Positions 47,647-56,983 are shown, numbered from the stretch's first letter. The stretch is DNA of 64,000 nt from an uncultured Planctomycetales bacterium (GCA_964489065.1 CAZAXH010000006.1:2867-66866), one strand, 5' to 3'. Translations and numbers: made by a program. Notes: generated by a model from the sequence alone, not told the origin.

Positions 47647-48362
47647 GTTGATATCCTGATGATCTGGATCATATCTTTGACCGCAGTCTCCAACCCTGTC
47701 GTGACCGCCCGGGAGATGATTGAATGTCCGATGTTTAGTTCTTCGATACCGGCAATCCCAGCGATCGCGGCCGTGTTGGTGTAATTGAGCCCGTGGCCGG
47801 CATTGACGGTAAGCCCGAGGTCCCGGGCGAAGCGGGTCATGTCCGATATTTGTTTTAATTGTTTCTGAGTGGCACTGGGGGTACGGCTGTTGGCGTAACA
47901 GCCCGTGTGCAGTTCGATCATGCCTACCCCGGTTTCTGCGGCGCGGGTAATCTGGGATTTCTCCGGGGCAATAAATAAGCTTACGGTGATCCCTTTGGCT
48001 TGGAGGCGTTCCGCCGCGCGGGTAATTTTTTGGAAATACCGGATGACATCCAGTCCCCCCTCTGTCGTGAGCTCTTGCCGCCGTTCCGGCACAATCGTGC
48101 ACTGGTCCGGCCGGATTTTCAGGGCGATTTGAAGGACATCCTGGCTTAACGCCATTTCCAGGTTCAGTCGTGTTGTTACGGTTTTTCTTAACATTTTCAC
48201 ATCGGCGTCTAAAATATGCCGTCGATCCTCCCGCAAGTGGCACACAATGCTGTCGGCTCCGGCCCGTTCGCAGATTTTTGCCGCCATGACAGGGTCTGGC
48301 TCATCACCCCGCCGGCACTGGCGTAACGTGGCCACGTGATCGATGTTAACGCCGAGCTTCAT
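47643..48362 (-). CDS. pdxJ: Pyridoxine 5'-phosphate synthase
   Basis: 239 aa. It has the LGVNIDHVATLRQ N-terminus and TIM-barrel PdxJ motifs. Confidence 0.9.
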   Translation of the reverse strand: MKLGVNIDHVATLRQCRRGDEPDPVMAAKICERAGADSIVCHLREDRRHILDADVKMLRKTVTTRLNLEMALSQDVLQIALKIRPDQCTIVPERRQELTTEGGLDVIRYFQKITRAAERLQAKGITVSLFIAPEKSQITRAAETGVGMIELHTGCYANSRTPSATQKQLKQISDMTRFARDLGLTVNAGHGLNYTNTAAIAGIAGIEELNIGHSIISRAVTTGLETAVKDMIQIIRIST

Positions 48363-48398
48363 CGTTCTCTTGTCCTTTCTGGTTCGTGTGCTGGTTTA

Positions 48399-48545
48399 TC
48401 AGGGGAAGGTGGACTGCTCTTGTTTCTGCGGGTGTTGGCGTTTTTCCTGGCGCAGGATTTCCCCGGAGACATAAATCCAGGTAATGATCGCCAGCCCTAA
48501 CGCAATCAGCTTCAAGCCCAAATTATGTGTTAACCACTTTTTCAT
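48399..48545 (-). pseudogene. 48-aa ORF resembling only the N-terminal TM segment of CdaR (YbbR), a probable truncated cdaR remnant
   Basis: Not in the ORF track because it is under 60 aa. Reading the minus strand from ATG 48545 gives MKKWLTHNLGLKLIALGLAIITWIYVSGEILRQEKRQHPQKQEQSTFP*. The first 28 aa resemble the start of B. subtilis CdaR (MDKFLNNRWAVKIIALLFALLLYV). No YbbR repeats follow. Confidence 0.4.
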
Positions 48546-48562
48546 CTCTGAAAGTTATAAAT

Positions 48563-49333
48563 TTATTTTTGCGGCTTTTGATTCCCGATAACCAGATTTT
48601 TAAGAATATTGGTAAACCTGTCCCGGTTGATGACCGGGATGAACCGGCCATCAGACGCCAGAGAAACTTCGCCGGATTCTTCTGAAACCATAACGACGAT
48701 TGCGTCCGTCTGTTCCGTTAAGCCCAGCGCGGCCCGGTGGCGCGTCCCGATAATTTTACTGAAACTGGGGTTGTCGGACAACGGGAACAGGCAGGCACAG
48801 GCAATAATCCTGTCCCGGCGGATTACAATCCCGCCGTCGTGCAAAGGGGAACTATGATTAAAGATGCTTTGTATGAGTTCAGAGGAAATTTTCGCGTCAA
48901 GGCTAATGCCGCTTTCAATGTAAGTTTTCAGTTTTGAGTCACGTTCAATCGCCATGATGCATCCGGTCTTGTTTTTTGAGAACCGGTAAGCGGCGTCGGA
49001 AATTTCCTCGATAATCGCCATGACTTCAGTTTCTTCCAGGGCGATATTAAAAAGATGCCGCTGCCCCAGGCGCGCCAGGCCCAATCGCAGTTCCTGCTGG
49101 AAAATAATCAAAAGCGCGATAATGGATATGCCAAACAGTTTTGTCAGCAACCAGTTAATGGTGTCCAGTCCCGCGATCTGTGAAAGCACAAACGCGAAAA
49201 CAAGCAGGGTGACGCCTTTCAGTACTTGAAAGGAGCGTGTCCCTTCAAAAAAAACCAGCGTCTGGTAAAAGATAAACCAAAGGATGGCTATTTCAATGAC
49301 TGGTTTTAAAAATGACCAAATGAAAAAAAACAT
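48563..49333 (-). CDS. cdaA: Diadenylate cyclase CdaA (c-di-AMP synthase), membrane-anchored
   Basis: 256 aa with three N-terminal TM helices. The DAC domain has the DGA (LHDGGIVI) and RHRAA motifs. Confidence 0.85.
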   Translation of the reverse strand: MFFFIWSFLKPVIEIAILWFIFYQTLVFFEGTRSFQVLKGVTLLVFAFVLSQIAGLDTINWLLTKLFGISIIALLIIFQQELRLGLARLGQRHLFNIALEETEVMAIIEEISDAAYRFSKNKTGCIMAIERDSKLKTYIESGISLDAKISSELIQSIFNHSSPLHDGGIVIRRDRIIACACLFPLSDNPSFSKIIGTRHRAALGLTEQTDAIVVMVSEESGEVSLASDGRFIPVINRDRFTNILKNLVIGNQKPQK

Positions 49334-49347
49334 ATGTCATATTTTGG

Positions 49348-50235
49348 TTAATGAATTGATTGCCGGATAATTGCGTCCGTCATGCGGGCGACATCTGCCA
49401 TTTCTTTAACATCATGAACGCGAAGGATATGGGCTCCTTTAAGGATGCTGGCGCAGACTGTTGCCGCTGTGCCCCATATGCGCTGTTTGGGGACATCTTT
49501 TTTTAACACTTTGCCAATAAAAGATTTTCGTGATGTACCTAGGAGAAGGGGGCATTGTAAAGACTGGAATTCGTCAAGCCGGTTAATGAGTTCCAGATTA
49601 TGCTCGGCTGTTTTTCCAAAGCCAATCCCCGGATCCAATATGATTCTATCTGATTTAATCCCGATTTCCAAGCAAATTTCAACAGATTTTCGCAAGGAAT
49701 CTTTTATCTCAATTATTAAGTTATTGTAGATAATGTTTTTTTGCATAGTGTGCGGGACCCCCCGGATATGCATTAAGACAACGGCGGCTCCGTAGCGGTG
49801 AATCATTTTAAGCAGGGCACGGTCGGATGATATCCCCATGATGTTATTGACAATGCTGGCTCCGGCATCAAGCGCGTGCCGGGCGACTGTGGGTTTATAG
49901 GTATCAACAGAAATCGGGATGGTGGCTTTCTGGGCGAGTGCTTTTATAACGGGAACGACCCTCGCGACTTCTTCCTTGACGGAAACACGTACAGCTCCCG
50001 GTCGGGAAGATTCGCCGCCGATATCAATAATATCCGCCCCCTGCCGGATAAATGTTAATGCTTTCCGGAGGGCCGGGGTGGTCCCGTCTCTCTTCCCTTG
50101 CAGGCATCCGTCCTGGCTGAAGGAGTCCGGCGTCACATTAATAATGCCCATGATCCGGGTTGCTTCCCCAAGATTCATGGAGTACCCCCTGGCCTGTAAC
50201 AGGAAATTTTTTCTTTGCAGAATAGTTTTTTGCAC
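49348..50235 (-). CDS. folP: Dihydropteroate synthase
   Basis: 295 aa. It has IMGIINVTPDSFSQDG and DIGGESSRPG pterin-binding motifs. The true start may be the internal Met at about 50178. Confidence 0.85.
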   Translation of the reverse strand: MQKTILQRKNFLLQARGYSMNLGEATRIMGIINVTPDSFSQDGCLQGKRDGTTPALRKALTFIRQGADIIDIGGESSRPGAVRVSVKEEVARVVPVIKALAQKATIPISVDTYKPTVARHALDAGASIVNNIMGISSDRALLKMIHRYGAAVVLMHIRGVPHTMQKNIIYNNLIIEIKDSLRKSVEICLEIGIKSDRIILDPGIGFGKTAEHNLELINRLDEFQSLQCPLLLGTSRKSFIGKVLKKDVPKQRIWGTAATVCASILKGAHILRVHDVKEMADVARMTDAIIRQSIH

Positions 50236-50250
50236 GAATAGCCGTCTAAC

Positions 50251-52233
50251 TCATGTGTCCCTGCCGGGAGAGACGGGAGACGGAGCGCTGTCTTCAACTG
50301 CGTTTGGAGATAGGTTTTGTCCCTCGGGGGCCCCTTCTTCCTCCGGCGTCATTCCCAGCAACGTCCTTGTTTCATCGATCGTGATGACCTCTTTCTCGAT
50401 GAGGGTTTTTGCGATCCGGTCCAGCTTGTCACGGTTTTCGGTTAATAACGTGCGCGCCCGTGTGTACGCTTCTTCTACGAGGGTCTGGATTTCATGGTCT
50501 ATATTTTTCGCGGTTTCTTCACTGTAATCGCGCTGCTCAAAAAGGTCACGCCCCAGAAAATGATGCTGGGGGTTATGCCCGAAAGACAAACGTCCTAAAT
50601 GAGCACTCATGCCGTATTCACACACCATGGCCCTGGCGATTTGTGTCACGCGTTGGAGATCATTCGAAACTCCAGTGGTGGTGTCCTGGATCACGATTTC
50701 TTCCGCAACAAGCCCGCCCAGAAGAAGAACCATCTGTCCTTTGAGTTCATTTTTGTTCAGATAATGGCGGTCCTCTTTGGGAGGGGTCAACGTGTAGCCT
50801 CCAGCCATGCCCCGGGGGATAATTGAAACTTTTGTAAAGGTGTCGACCTCATCCATGAGCAGGGAAAGGAGCGCGTGCCCGGCTTCATGGTAGGCGGTGA
50901 TTTCTTTTTCCTTTTTAGAAACTGTCCGGCTCTTTTTTTCCGGCCCCATAGTCACCCGTTCGATGGCGGCGAGAAAATCATCCATTTCCACTTTTTCTTT
51001 ATCTTTCCTGGCCGCCAGCAAGGCCGCTTCGTTGCAGACGTTGGCGAGGTCAGCTCCGGAAAAATAAACGGTTTGCTGGGCCAGCCGTTCAAAATTAACC
51101 TTGTCATCCACCTTGATATCCCGCGTATGGACTTTCAGAATGCCTTCCCGGCCTTTGATATCCGGAAGGGCCACGACGATCTGGCGGTCAAACCTTCCGG
51201 GGCGCAATAAAGCCGGGTCCAGGGTGTCGGGCCGGTTGGTCGCCGCGATAATAATGACCCCGCTCTGGGTATTAAATCCGTCCATTTCAACCAAAAGGGC
51301 GTTTAATGTCTGTTCCCTTTCATCGTTCCCGCCGCCTATTCCGGCAAAACGCTGGCGTCCTACGGCGTCAATTTCGTCGATAAAAACAATCGCCCCTTTC
51401 CCGGAACTCAAGGAGGCTTTGCGGGCCTGGTCGAACAAGTCCCGGACCCGGGAGGCGCCTACGCCGACAAACATTTCGACGAAATCCGATCCGCTTAAAG
51501 AAAAGAACGGCACCCCCGCTTCCCCGGCCACAGCCTTCGCTAGGAGGGTCTTCCCTGTCCCGGGATGCCCGACGAGTAAGACCCCTTTGGGGATTTTTCC
51601 CCCCAGCCGTTGGAATTTACGGGGCTCTTTCAGAAATTCAATGACCTCTTGTAATTCCTCTTTGGCTTCGTCCACTCCGGCGACATCTTTAAAGGTGATG
51701 TTCATCCCGCTTTTGGTACTCAGCCTTGCCCGGGATTTCCCGAAGGACCAGATTTTATTTCCCATCTGGCTGCCCCGGTAGGAAATAAACCAGATAAAAA
51801 GAATGATAATCAGGATCGGCACCAGCGACAGGATCATCTGGCTCCAGAAAGTCTGGGCCGGTTTAACCTGGACGTCCGGGACATTGGAACGCATAAGTTC
51901 CAGGATGGTTTCATCTTTGCTGGGAATGTTCAGCCGGAATTCCGTGCCGTCCTGATACGTCCCTTTGACGACGTTCTCCGGCCCCTCGATCAGATCCACT
52001 TTCTTTATGCGTCCGGTTTGAGGATTCTCTTTTAAAATTTTAAAAAAAGTGCTGTAGGCCAATGGTTCGGGGACTTTAAATTTATTGACCGATTCGGTTT
52101 GGCTCATGAGCAGGAGAAGGACGAAACCGATCATGAGCAAAAATAGGATGTTATTATTGGGAGGACGGTTTTTCCCCCGGTTGGGTGCCGGACGGACCGG
52201 CCGTTTCAGATTGGGACGTTTATAGTTCTGCAT
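50251..52233 (-). CDS. ftsH: ATP-dependent zinc metalloprotease FtsH
   Basis: 660 aa. It has two N-terminal TM helices, AAA+ Walker [12 protein letters not shown], and the HEAGHAL zinc site. Confidence 0.95.
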   Translation of the reverse strand: MQNYKRPNLKRPVRPAPNRGKNRPPNNNILFLLMIGFVLLLLMSQTESVNKFKVPEPLAYSTFFKILKENPQTGRIKKVDLIEGPENVVKGTYQDGTEFRLNIPSKDETILELMRSNVPDVQVKPAQTFWSQMILSLVPILIIILFIWFISYRGSQMGNKIWSFGKSRARLSTKSGMNITFKDVAGVDEAKEELQEVIEFLKEPRKFQRLGGKIPKGVLLVGHPGTGKTLLAKAVAGEAGVPFFSLSGSDFVEMFVGVGASRVRDLFDQARKASLSSGKGAIVFIDEIDAVGRQRFAGIGGGNDEREQTLNALLVEMDGFNTQSGVIIIAATNRPDTLDPALLRPGRFDRQIVVALPDIKGREGILKVHTRDIKVDDKVNFERLAQQTVYFSGADLANVCNEAALLAARKDKEKVEMDDFLAAIERVTMGPEKKSRTVSKKEKEITAYHEAGHALLSLLMDEVDTFTKVSIIPRGMAGGYTLTPPKEDRHYLNKNELKGQMVLLLGGLVAEEIVIQDTTTGVSNDLQRVTQIARAMVCEYGMSAHLGRLSFGHNPQHHFLGRDLFEQRDYSEETAKNIDHEIQTLVEEAYTRARTLLTENRDKLDRIAKTLIEKEVITIDETRTLLGMTPEEEGAPEGQNLSPNAVEDSAPSPVSPGRDT

Positions 52234-52291
52234 ATTTCCTCACAATCCTGATAATAAAATTTTTAGTATTATAACTGATCGCGATAGACTT

Positions 52292-53293
52292 TCAAGAGTT
52301 TCTTCTTTTGAGAATAATGTCGGGGGCTTCTTTCCGCACAAGGATCCCGTTAGGCAGATGAACCGACGCCCCTTCTTTTCGGTTTATGAGTAAGTCTTCC
52401 ATTTCCTGCGCGTGTTTGAGTGTTAAGCGGGTCAGGTCTCCCTGGAGTTTTTCATAGGCCAGCCGTAAGACGATTCTTTGCAGGCTCGGATGCATTTGGG
52501 CCAGTTTTTTTTGATGGAGTTTGACCGTCCTTTCCGGTGCTCCGGGCCGGAGGACTTTTTTAAGGCATTGCCGGCCGGTTTCCACAAGACAGTCGTAGTC
52601 TTCTGCGCAAAGGCTGGCAAGCTGGAATAAGAGTTCTTTAATTTTGGGCTGGTAATTTTTTTCTATATAAGGAAGGAGTTTTTTCCGGATTGCGTTACGG
52701 AAATAATAGGCATCTTGATTGGTGGAGTCTTCCCGGTATTGTATTTTATGCGCCCGGAGGTACTGCAAAATGTCCTTGTGGGGGACATTGTAAAAAGGCC
52801 GGATAATGGTTAAAGAATTCAGCCCGGTTTGCGGAGGGATCCCTCTTAAGCCCTGTAGCCCGGCTCCTCGTAAAATATGCATGAGGACAGTTTCCGCGCA
52901 GTCATCCCGGTGATGCGCGAGGACGACTTTATCGGCCTGATGCTTTTTTGTGAGGCGCGCCAGATGGAATAAGCGCGCCTGCCTGGCGTTTTCTTCCAGG
53001 GAACTTTGGTCTTTGGTGCGTTGAATGGTCAGGCGGACAGATTGACAGGGGACATTCAAGGAGCGGCAAAACTGTCCGACGAATTTCTCGTCGCTGGAAG
53101 CGTCATCCCGCAGCTGGTGGTTAAAATGCACGGCCAGGATCTGAAACGCCAAAAGATGCCGGAGGCGGCTTAAGACGTGCAGCAGGGCTATGGAGTCGCT
53201 GCCTCCGGAAACCCCGATTAACAGCGTGTCCCCTTTTCGGACCAGGTGTTTTCGAATGATGTTTGTTTTGACCTGTGAGGTGATGTCCGTCAT
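52292..53293 (-). CDS. tilS: tRNA(Ile)-lysidine synthetase
   Basis: 333 aa. It has the PP-loop SGGSDS. Confidence 0.85.
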   Translation of the reverse strand: MTDITSQVKTNIIRKHLVRKGDTLLIGVSGGSDSIALLHVLSRLRHLLAFQILAVHFNHQLRDDASSDEKFVGQFCRSLNVPCQSVRLTIQRTKDQSSLEENARQARLFHLARLTKKHQADKVVLAHHRDDCAETVLMHILRGAGLQGLRGIPPQTGLNSLTIIRPFYNVPHKDILQYLRAHKIQYREDSTNQDAYYFRNAIRKKLLPYIEKNYQPKIKELLFQLASLCAEDYDCLVETGRQCLKKVLRPGAPERTVKLHQKKLAQMHPSLQRIVLRLAYEKLQGDLTRLTLKHAQEMEDLLINRKEGASVHLPNGILVRKEAPDIILKRRNS

Positions 53294-53403
53294 AAATAAT
53301 GATCCTTGGGGTTCAGAACCGATTAAGCCACTTGTTGCCGGCGACCGCGATTCCGATCATGAGTAAGAGAACGCCCGAAAGGAGGAGGCTTCCCCATAGA
53401 ATT

Positions 53404-53973
53404 TTATTCACCCAGGAGTCCCTTCTTTTCCGCACGGGCGTCCCGATACGCTTCCCGGAGCTCCTCGGCATATTTGAAATTGGGCGGTTGTATATGCAGG
53501 TGGGCGAATCCTTGCCGGACAATTTCGGCATTCACGAAACGCCGGTCTTCGGCTAAGAAAACGTAAGCAAGATCAGCCGCGAATTCATCCTTCTTTCGGA
53601 TATCGAATTCCAGGGTGATTCTTTTCCCAAGGAGTAGCGTACGGACAAAATCAATAGCACGTTCTTCCAGGGACATCTCCGGCGAAGGTTCTTTCGTGAT
53701 GAATCCGTATTGGTCACGGATAATTTTTTTTTGCCGGGGCGGTTCCGGGGATTTAATCCCGATCAGTTTAATTTTATCTTTGTGGTCCAGGATGATCGTG
53801 TCGGCGGATATGACTCCCGTTACCATGCGTTCTTTTCCCGGCTTGTTTAGGAACTGAATTTCCTCCGCCGCCGGAAGGGGTGAAGAAAAATAACATGCCG
53901 CCAACCACAAGACCCCAATTCTTTTAATGGGTTCTAACATGAAACGGCGGCAATAAAACCTGGACAGGACCAT
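53404..53973 (-). CDS. Secreted thermonuclease (SNase/micrococcal nuclease-like) protein
   Basis: 189 aa with a signal peptide. The core DGDTI-like segment (ISADTIILD), LIGIKSPE, and ADLAYVFL...EIVRQGFA match the SNase fold. Confidence 0.65.
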   Translation of the reverse strand: MVLSRFYCRRFMLEPIKRIGVLWLAACYFSSPLPAAEEIQFLNKPGKERMVTGVISADTIILDHKDKIKLIGIKSPEPPRQKKIIRDQYGFITKEPSPEMSLEERAIDFVRTLLLGKRITLEFDIRKKDEFAADLAYVFLAEDRRFVNAEIVRQGFAHLHIQPPNFKYAEELREAYRDARAEKKGLLGE

Positions 53974-53979
53974 AGACGT

Positions 53980-54222
53980 TTATGATGAGCTATGCCGGGC
54001 GGGTTGATGAAGCTCGACAAAATAATCAATGGAACGGTTAAACGTCTTTTCTGCCTCTGCCGGGAAGAAACAGGCGGGAATTTGCCCTTTTTTTCTGTGG
54101 TAGCGAACACACTCGCAGCAAATCCCGGCTTTGTCGCACCCTGTATAGGTACAGTTACAGCCTTCCATGTTAATAGATTTATTAGGGCATTTCATCGCGA
54201 TGTCCTCTTCAAAAGATATCAT
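53980..54222 (-). CDS. Small Cys-rich cytoplasmic protein (DUF6485-like)
   Basis: 80 aa with eight Cys (CPNK...CNCTYTGCDKAGICCECVRYH...ACF). The pattern recalls a conserved small Cys-rich family of unknown function. Confidence 0.45.
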   Translation of the reverse strand: MISFEEDIAMKCPNKSINMEGCNCTYTGCDKAGICCECVRYHRKKGQIPACFFPAEAEKTFNRSIDYFVELHQPARHSSS

Positions 54223-54271
54223 AGACTTTCAAGGCTCGGATCGTCAATGATAATCTTCGGTTCGCCATTTT

Positions 54272-55258
54272 TTAAAAAATTCCGGCACGCGGCCGTCGCC
54301 AGAAGAAGCCGTAAAGCAGCGTCCCCCCCAGCAGAAAAAGCGTTGGCGGCTCTGGCACGGCTTTAACGTTGAACACCGTGACATAATCGATTTCATAAAG
54401 GTAGTCTATGTTTTCCTGGAGGTTTGGGGAGGACTGAAGGCTGGGGTCATAGGCCAAGGCCCATTCCGGGCCCGGCACCCAGATGTTGAGGCGCATGTTC
54501 AGCGGGTGGGTTGGTATATCGCTGTTGGCTTCGGACACCCGGACGTCATTGACGTACCATTCTATCTTATTCGGGAACCACACGATTTTATAGGTATTAA
54601 ATTCTGTGATGTTAACTCCGTCCGGAAACGGGAGTGTTTCCGGACGTCCCGCGGCGGAGGGCGGTTCACTGACAAAGCGATTGACCAGAAACTGCGGAGT
54701 GCCGCCGGCCGGCAGATAAAGATTGGACAGGAATTCCATGTCAATCTCATCTTTTAAATTCCCTGCCCCTATTTCGCCGAATCCGAATATGGAAGTAATC
54801 ACTCCCGGGGGGATGGATTCGGAGGCCCGCACCCTGGCTTCCAAGGCGATCCCTTGCTTCTGGGTGGGAAAAAATGTTTGAATCGTGTCAATCTCGGATC
54901 CCCAGAACGTCAGGTGGGCGGGGTCGGTGGGGTTATATGTGCTTAACAGGAGTTTGGCCACGCCAACAGCGGGATCCGCGAGAGAATTCCCGATTTCCAC
55001 GGTTTTCCGTAAGCCGCCGGTCATGCTGTCAGGGATATGGGGGTTGCGGATCGCCGTCTGCCCGAAAAAGCCCGCAGGGCCTTCCGGTGTGGTCCAAAGG
55101 GAACGGTCGACATCTTCGGCCGGGGTATTGAAGTCATCGTGAAACAGGATATCGGCTTCTGCGCGGGAGTGTATGAGGAGGAAAAACAAAAAAATCACAA
55201 GCCCGATGGGAAAAGACCCCGGGAACCGCCGGATTCGAACAGGGGAATGCATGATCAT
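54272..55258 (-). CDS. GH16/ConA-like glucanase-family protein with a C-terminal PEP-CTERM sorting signal
   Basis: 328 aa with a signal peptide. The EIDMEF (ExDxE) GH16 catalytic motif is present. The C-terminal VPEPPTLFLLGGTLLYGFFWRRPRAGIF is a canonical PEP + TM + basic cluster. Confidence 0.6.
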   Translation of the reverse strand: MIMHSPVRIRRFPGSFPIGLVIFLFFLLIHSRAEADILFHDDFNTPAEDVDRSLWTTPEGPAGFFGQTAIRNPHIPDSMTGGLRKTVEIGNSLADPAVGVAKLLLSTYNPTDPAHLTFWGSEIDTIQTFFPTQKQGIALEARVRASESIPPGVITSIFGFGEIGAGNLKDEIDMEFLSNLYLPAGGTPQFLVNRFVSEPPSAAGRPETLPFPDGVNITEFNTYKIVWFPNKIEWYVNDVRVSEANSDIPTHPLNMRLNIWVPGPEWALAYDPSLQSSPNLQENIDYLYEIDYVTVFNVKAVPEPPTLFLLGGTLLYGFFWRRPRAGIF

Positions 55259-55403
55259 GCTTCCTTTCGTAAAATTTTTAAATAAAAATTATTCCGACAG
55301 GAAAAACCATACAGAATGCTGATATATCGTCTATCCTTATTTTTAATAAGAAGGTTTTTTACGAACATGAACCTGAAGGGACCGGACCCTTTGACAGAAA
55401 AAA

Positions 55404-55480
55404 TGGTAGCGAGGGACGGATTCGAACCGTCGACGCCGCGGGTATGAGCCGCGTGCTCTAACCAGCTGAGCTACCTCGCC
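55404..55480 (-). tRNA. tRNA-Met or tRNA-Ile2 (anticodon CAT), elongator type
   Basis: The reverse complement is GGCGAGGTAGCTCAGCTGGTTAGAGCACGCGGCTCATACCCGCGGCGTCGACGGTTCGAATCCGTCCCTCGCTACCA. The anticodon loop is CT-CAT-AC and CCA is encoded. Base 1-72 is paired (G-U), so this is not an initiator. Confidence 0.8.
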
Positions 55481-55654
55481 ATGATGATATTCTAAGGGGA
55501 CCCCAAAGTGATAAAAAGCGTGTTCCCGCCTTTGTCGTCTGGGAAAAAACTCGTATTCCGAGATTCTAAATTTTACGCTAAACTTTTTGGATTGGCAAGC
55601 CTTTTTTAGCTTGAATCTCCCTTGAACCCCGGTGCTATGAGTTGAGAGGCGCTG

Positions 55655-56083
55655 TTAATAAGAGATGTTGAGGAGTTTGTGATTTTCAAAGGTCAGGCGG
55701 ATGGGACGCCATCGGGAGGTGTTGGCCTTATGAGAATCTTGTTGATATGTCCAGATTTCGGTTACGCTGACCTGAGAAATCAAGCGGTAAATATCGTCGG
55801 GCGCCCCGAACCGGGCCTGTATTTCCTGTCCCGAGAGGCCCGGCTTCAGTTCCCCCTCCATCACGGCCGTATTCAAGGCATGGAAGTTGGCTTCTTGAGC
55901 GGCTATGGCCGCCTTTTGTTCCGCTTGTTTGGCGGCGCTGCAGTTTGATAAAACAAGAACAGCAAAACATAAAGCCGACAGCTTTATTGTTCGGAGTGTA
56001 CGTATAAAAGTATGCGAAGGACGGTTATCCATAGGGAGGAAAGAATATTTATTAAGACTCTCGATTCTAGCCCGGGATTTCAT
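55655..56083 (-). CDS. BamE/SmpA (OmlA)-like lipoprotein
   Basis: It has the lipobox LSNC, then LKPGLSGQEIQARFGAPDDI ... WTYQ, resembling the BamE fold motif. The true start is probably the internal Met near 56032. Confidence 0.45.
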   Translation of the reverse strand: MKSRARIESLNKYSFLPMDNRPSHTFIRTLRTIKLSALCFAVLVLSNCSAAKQAEQKAAIAAQEANFHALNTAVMEGELKPGLSGQEIQARFGAPDDIYRLISQVSVTEIWTYQQDSHKANTSRWRPIRLTFENHKLLNISY

Positions 56084-56114
56084 AATCTCCGTTTAAAAGG
56101 ATTGGGTCGCCACG

Positions 56115-56417
56115 TCATCTAAAAATGTAATAAAGCAAGCCCAGGACAATCAGGAAACAAATCAAGTAGAAATCATTATAATAAAAAAAATCCTGCACAC
56201 GTTCCAGGGATGTGTAAGGATGGTTTGTTTCTTTTTCCTGGGGCACCTGCCCTTGCGCCCTTAAAGCGACAACCTCGGATTTTTTGAGCCTCAAGAATTG
56301 ATTCGCGATCCGATAAGCGATGAGTTGCTTTTTTTCAATGAGGTCCATAACCTGTTTCTCCGTAATATCCAGGATTTGGGCCGTCTCTCTCACCGAGATA
56401 TATTGGTTCTCATTCAT
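56115..56417 (-). CDS. Membrane-anchored excisionase-type HTH (HTH_17/MerR-superfamily) protein
   Basis: 100 aa. The N-terminal ISVRETAQILDITEKQVMDLIEKKQLIAYRIANQFLRLKKSEV matches the HTH_17 pattern. The C-terminal FYLICFLIVLGLLYYIF is a single TM helix. Confidence 0.55.
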   Translation of the reverse strand: MNENQYISVRETAQILDITEKQVMDLIEKKQLIAYRIANQFLRLKKSEVVALRAQGQVPQEKETNHPYTSLERVQDFFYYNDFYLICFLIVLGLLYYIFR

Positions 56418-56458
56418 ACCCGTCGTGTGTCCGTGCGTTCCCGTTATGCCAGAGATGT

Positions 56459-56983
56459 TTAATCTGTTATTTTCCCGGAAGCCGCCCAGGTATCAATCTT
56501 GGAACGCTCGAAGGTCCAGTCGTTGCCGTTGCGTGTGGCGGGTATTTGGCCGGCGTTCGCCAATTCGATAATGGCCGGCGATTCAATCTCCAGGTATTTG
56601 GAGAGTTCTTCCACCGAAAGGATGTCTTCCATCATCTGACATTTTCCCTGGAATATCGCCCCTTCCACCACATTCAGTTTGGGCGTGGAAATATTCCCGG
56701 TTAATACGGCTGTCGGCATCAGTACGAGCATTTTTTTCGCGATAATATCGCCCCGTACTTTACCGGCGATAATAATATTTTCACCGGTAATGTGGGCTTC
56801 CACAAACGCGGCATTTCCGATGGTCAATGTGCCACGGACTTCCAGGGTGCCTTTAAAATTGCCGTTAACTTTTAAATTAACCGGATCCTTAAAAGATAAT
56901 GTCCCCTGCATTTGCGCGTTGATGTCAATACTTTTTTCCTGAGGTTCGACTTCATTGACCCTGTTGCGGCCCCGGATCACCAT
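56459..56983 (-). CDS. Bactofilin (DUF583 beta-helix) fused to a C-terminal excisionase-type HTH
   Basis: 174 aa. Bactofilin repeats are present (GTLEVRGTLTIGNAAFVEAHITGENIIIAGKVRGDII...). The C-terminal LSVEELSKYLEIESPAIIELANAGQIPATRNGNDWTFERSKIDTWA is an HTH_17-like domain. The listed start overlaps MgtC by 32 nt, and an alternative start at M25 (56911) is possible. Confidence 0.6.
   Translation of the reverse strand: MVIRGRNRVNEVEPQEKSIDINAQMQGTLSFKDPVNLKVNGNFKGTLEVRGTLTIGNAAFVEAHITGENIIIAGKVRGDIIAKKMLVLMPTAVLTGNISTPKLNVVEGAIFQGKCQMMEDILSVEELSKYLEIESPAIIELANAGQIPATRNGNDWTFERSKIDTWAASGKITD

Noticed and set aside
47647-48243. The N-terminal ~200 aa of the 316-aa ORF-track entry 47293..48243
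   Set aside because: Only the C-terminal 117 aa match AcpS. The upstream part is an out-of-frame read-through across pdxJ (Pro/Arg-rich) and is not a real coding extension.
56911-56983. Assigning a definitive start for the bactofilin-HTH gene
   Set aside because: Both the ATG at 56983 (a 32-nt overlap with MgtC) and the one at 56911 (M25) are plausible. The N-terminal 24 aa are polar and disordered-looking, so I cannot decide from the sequence alone.
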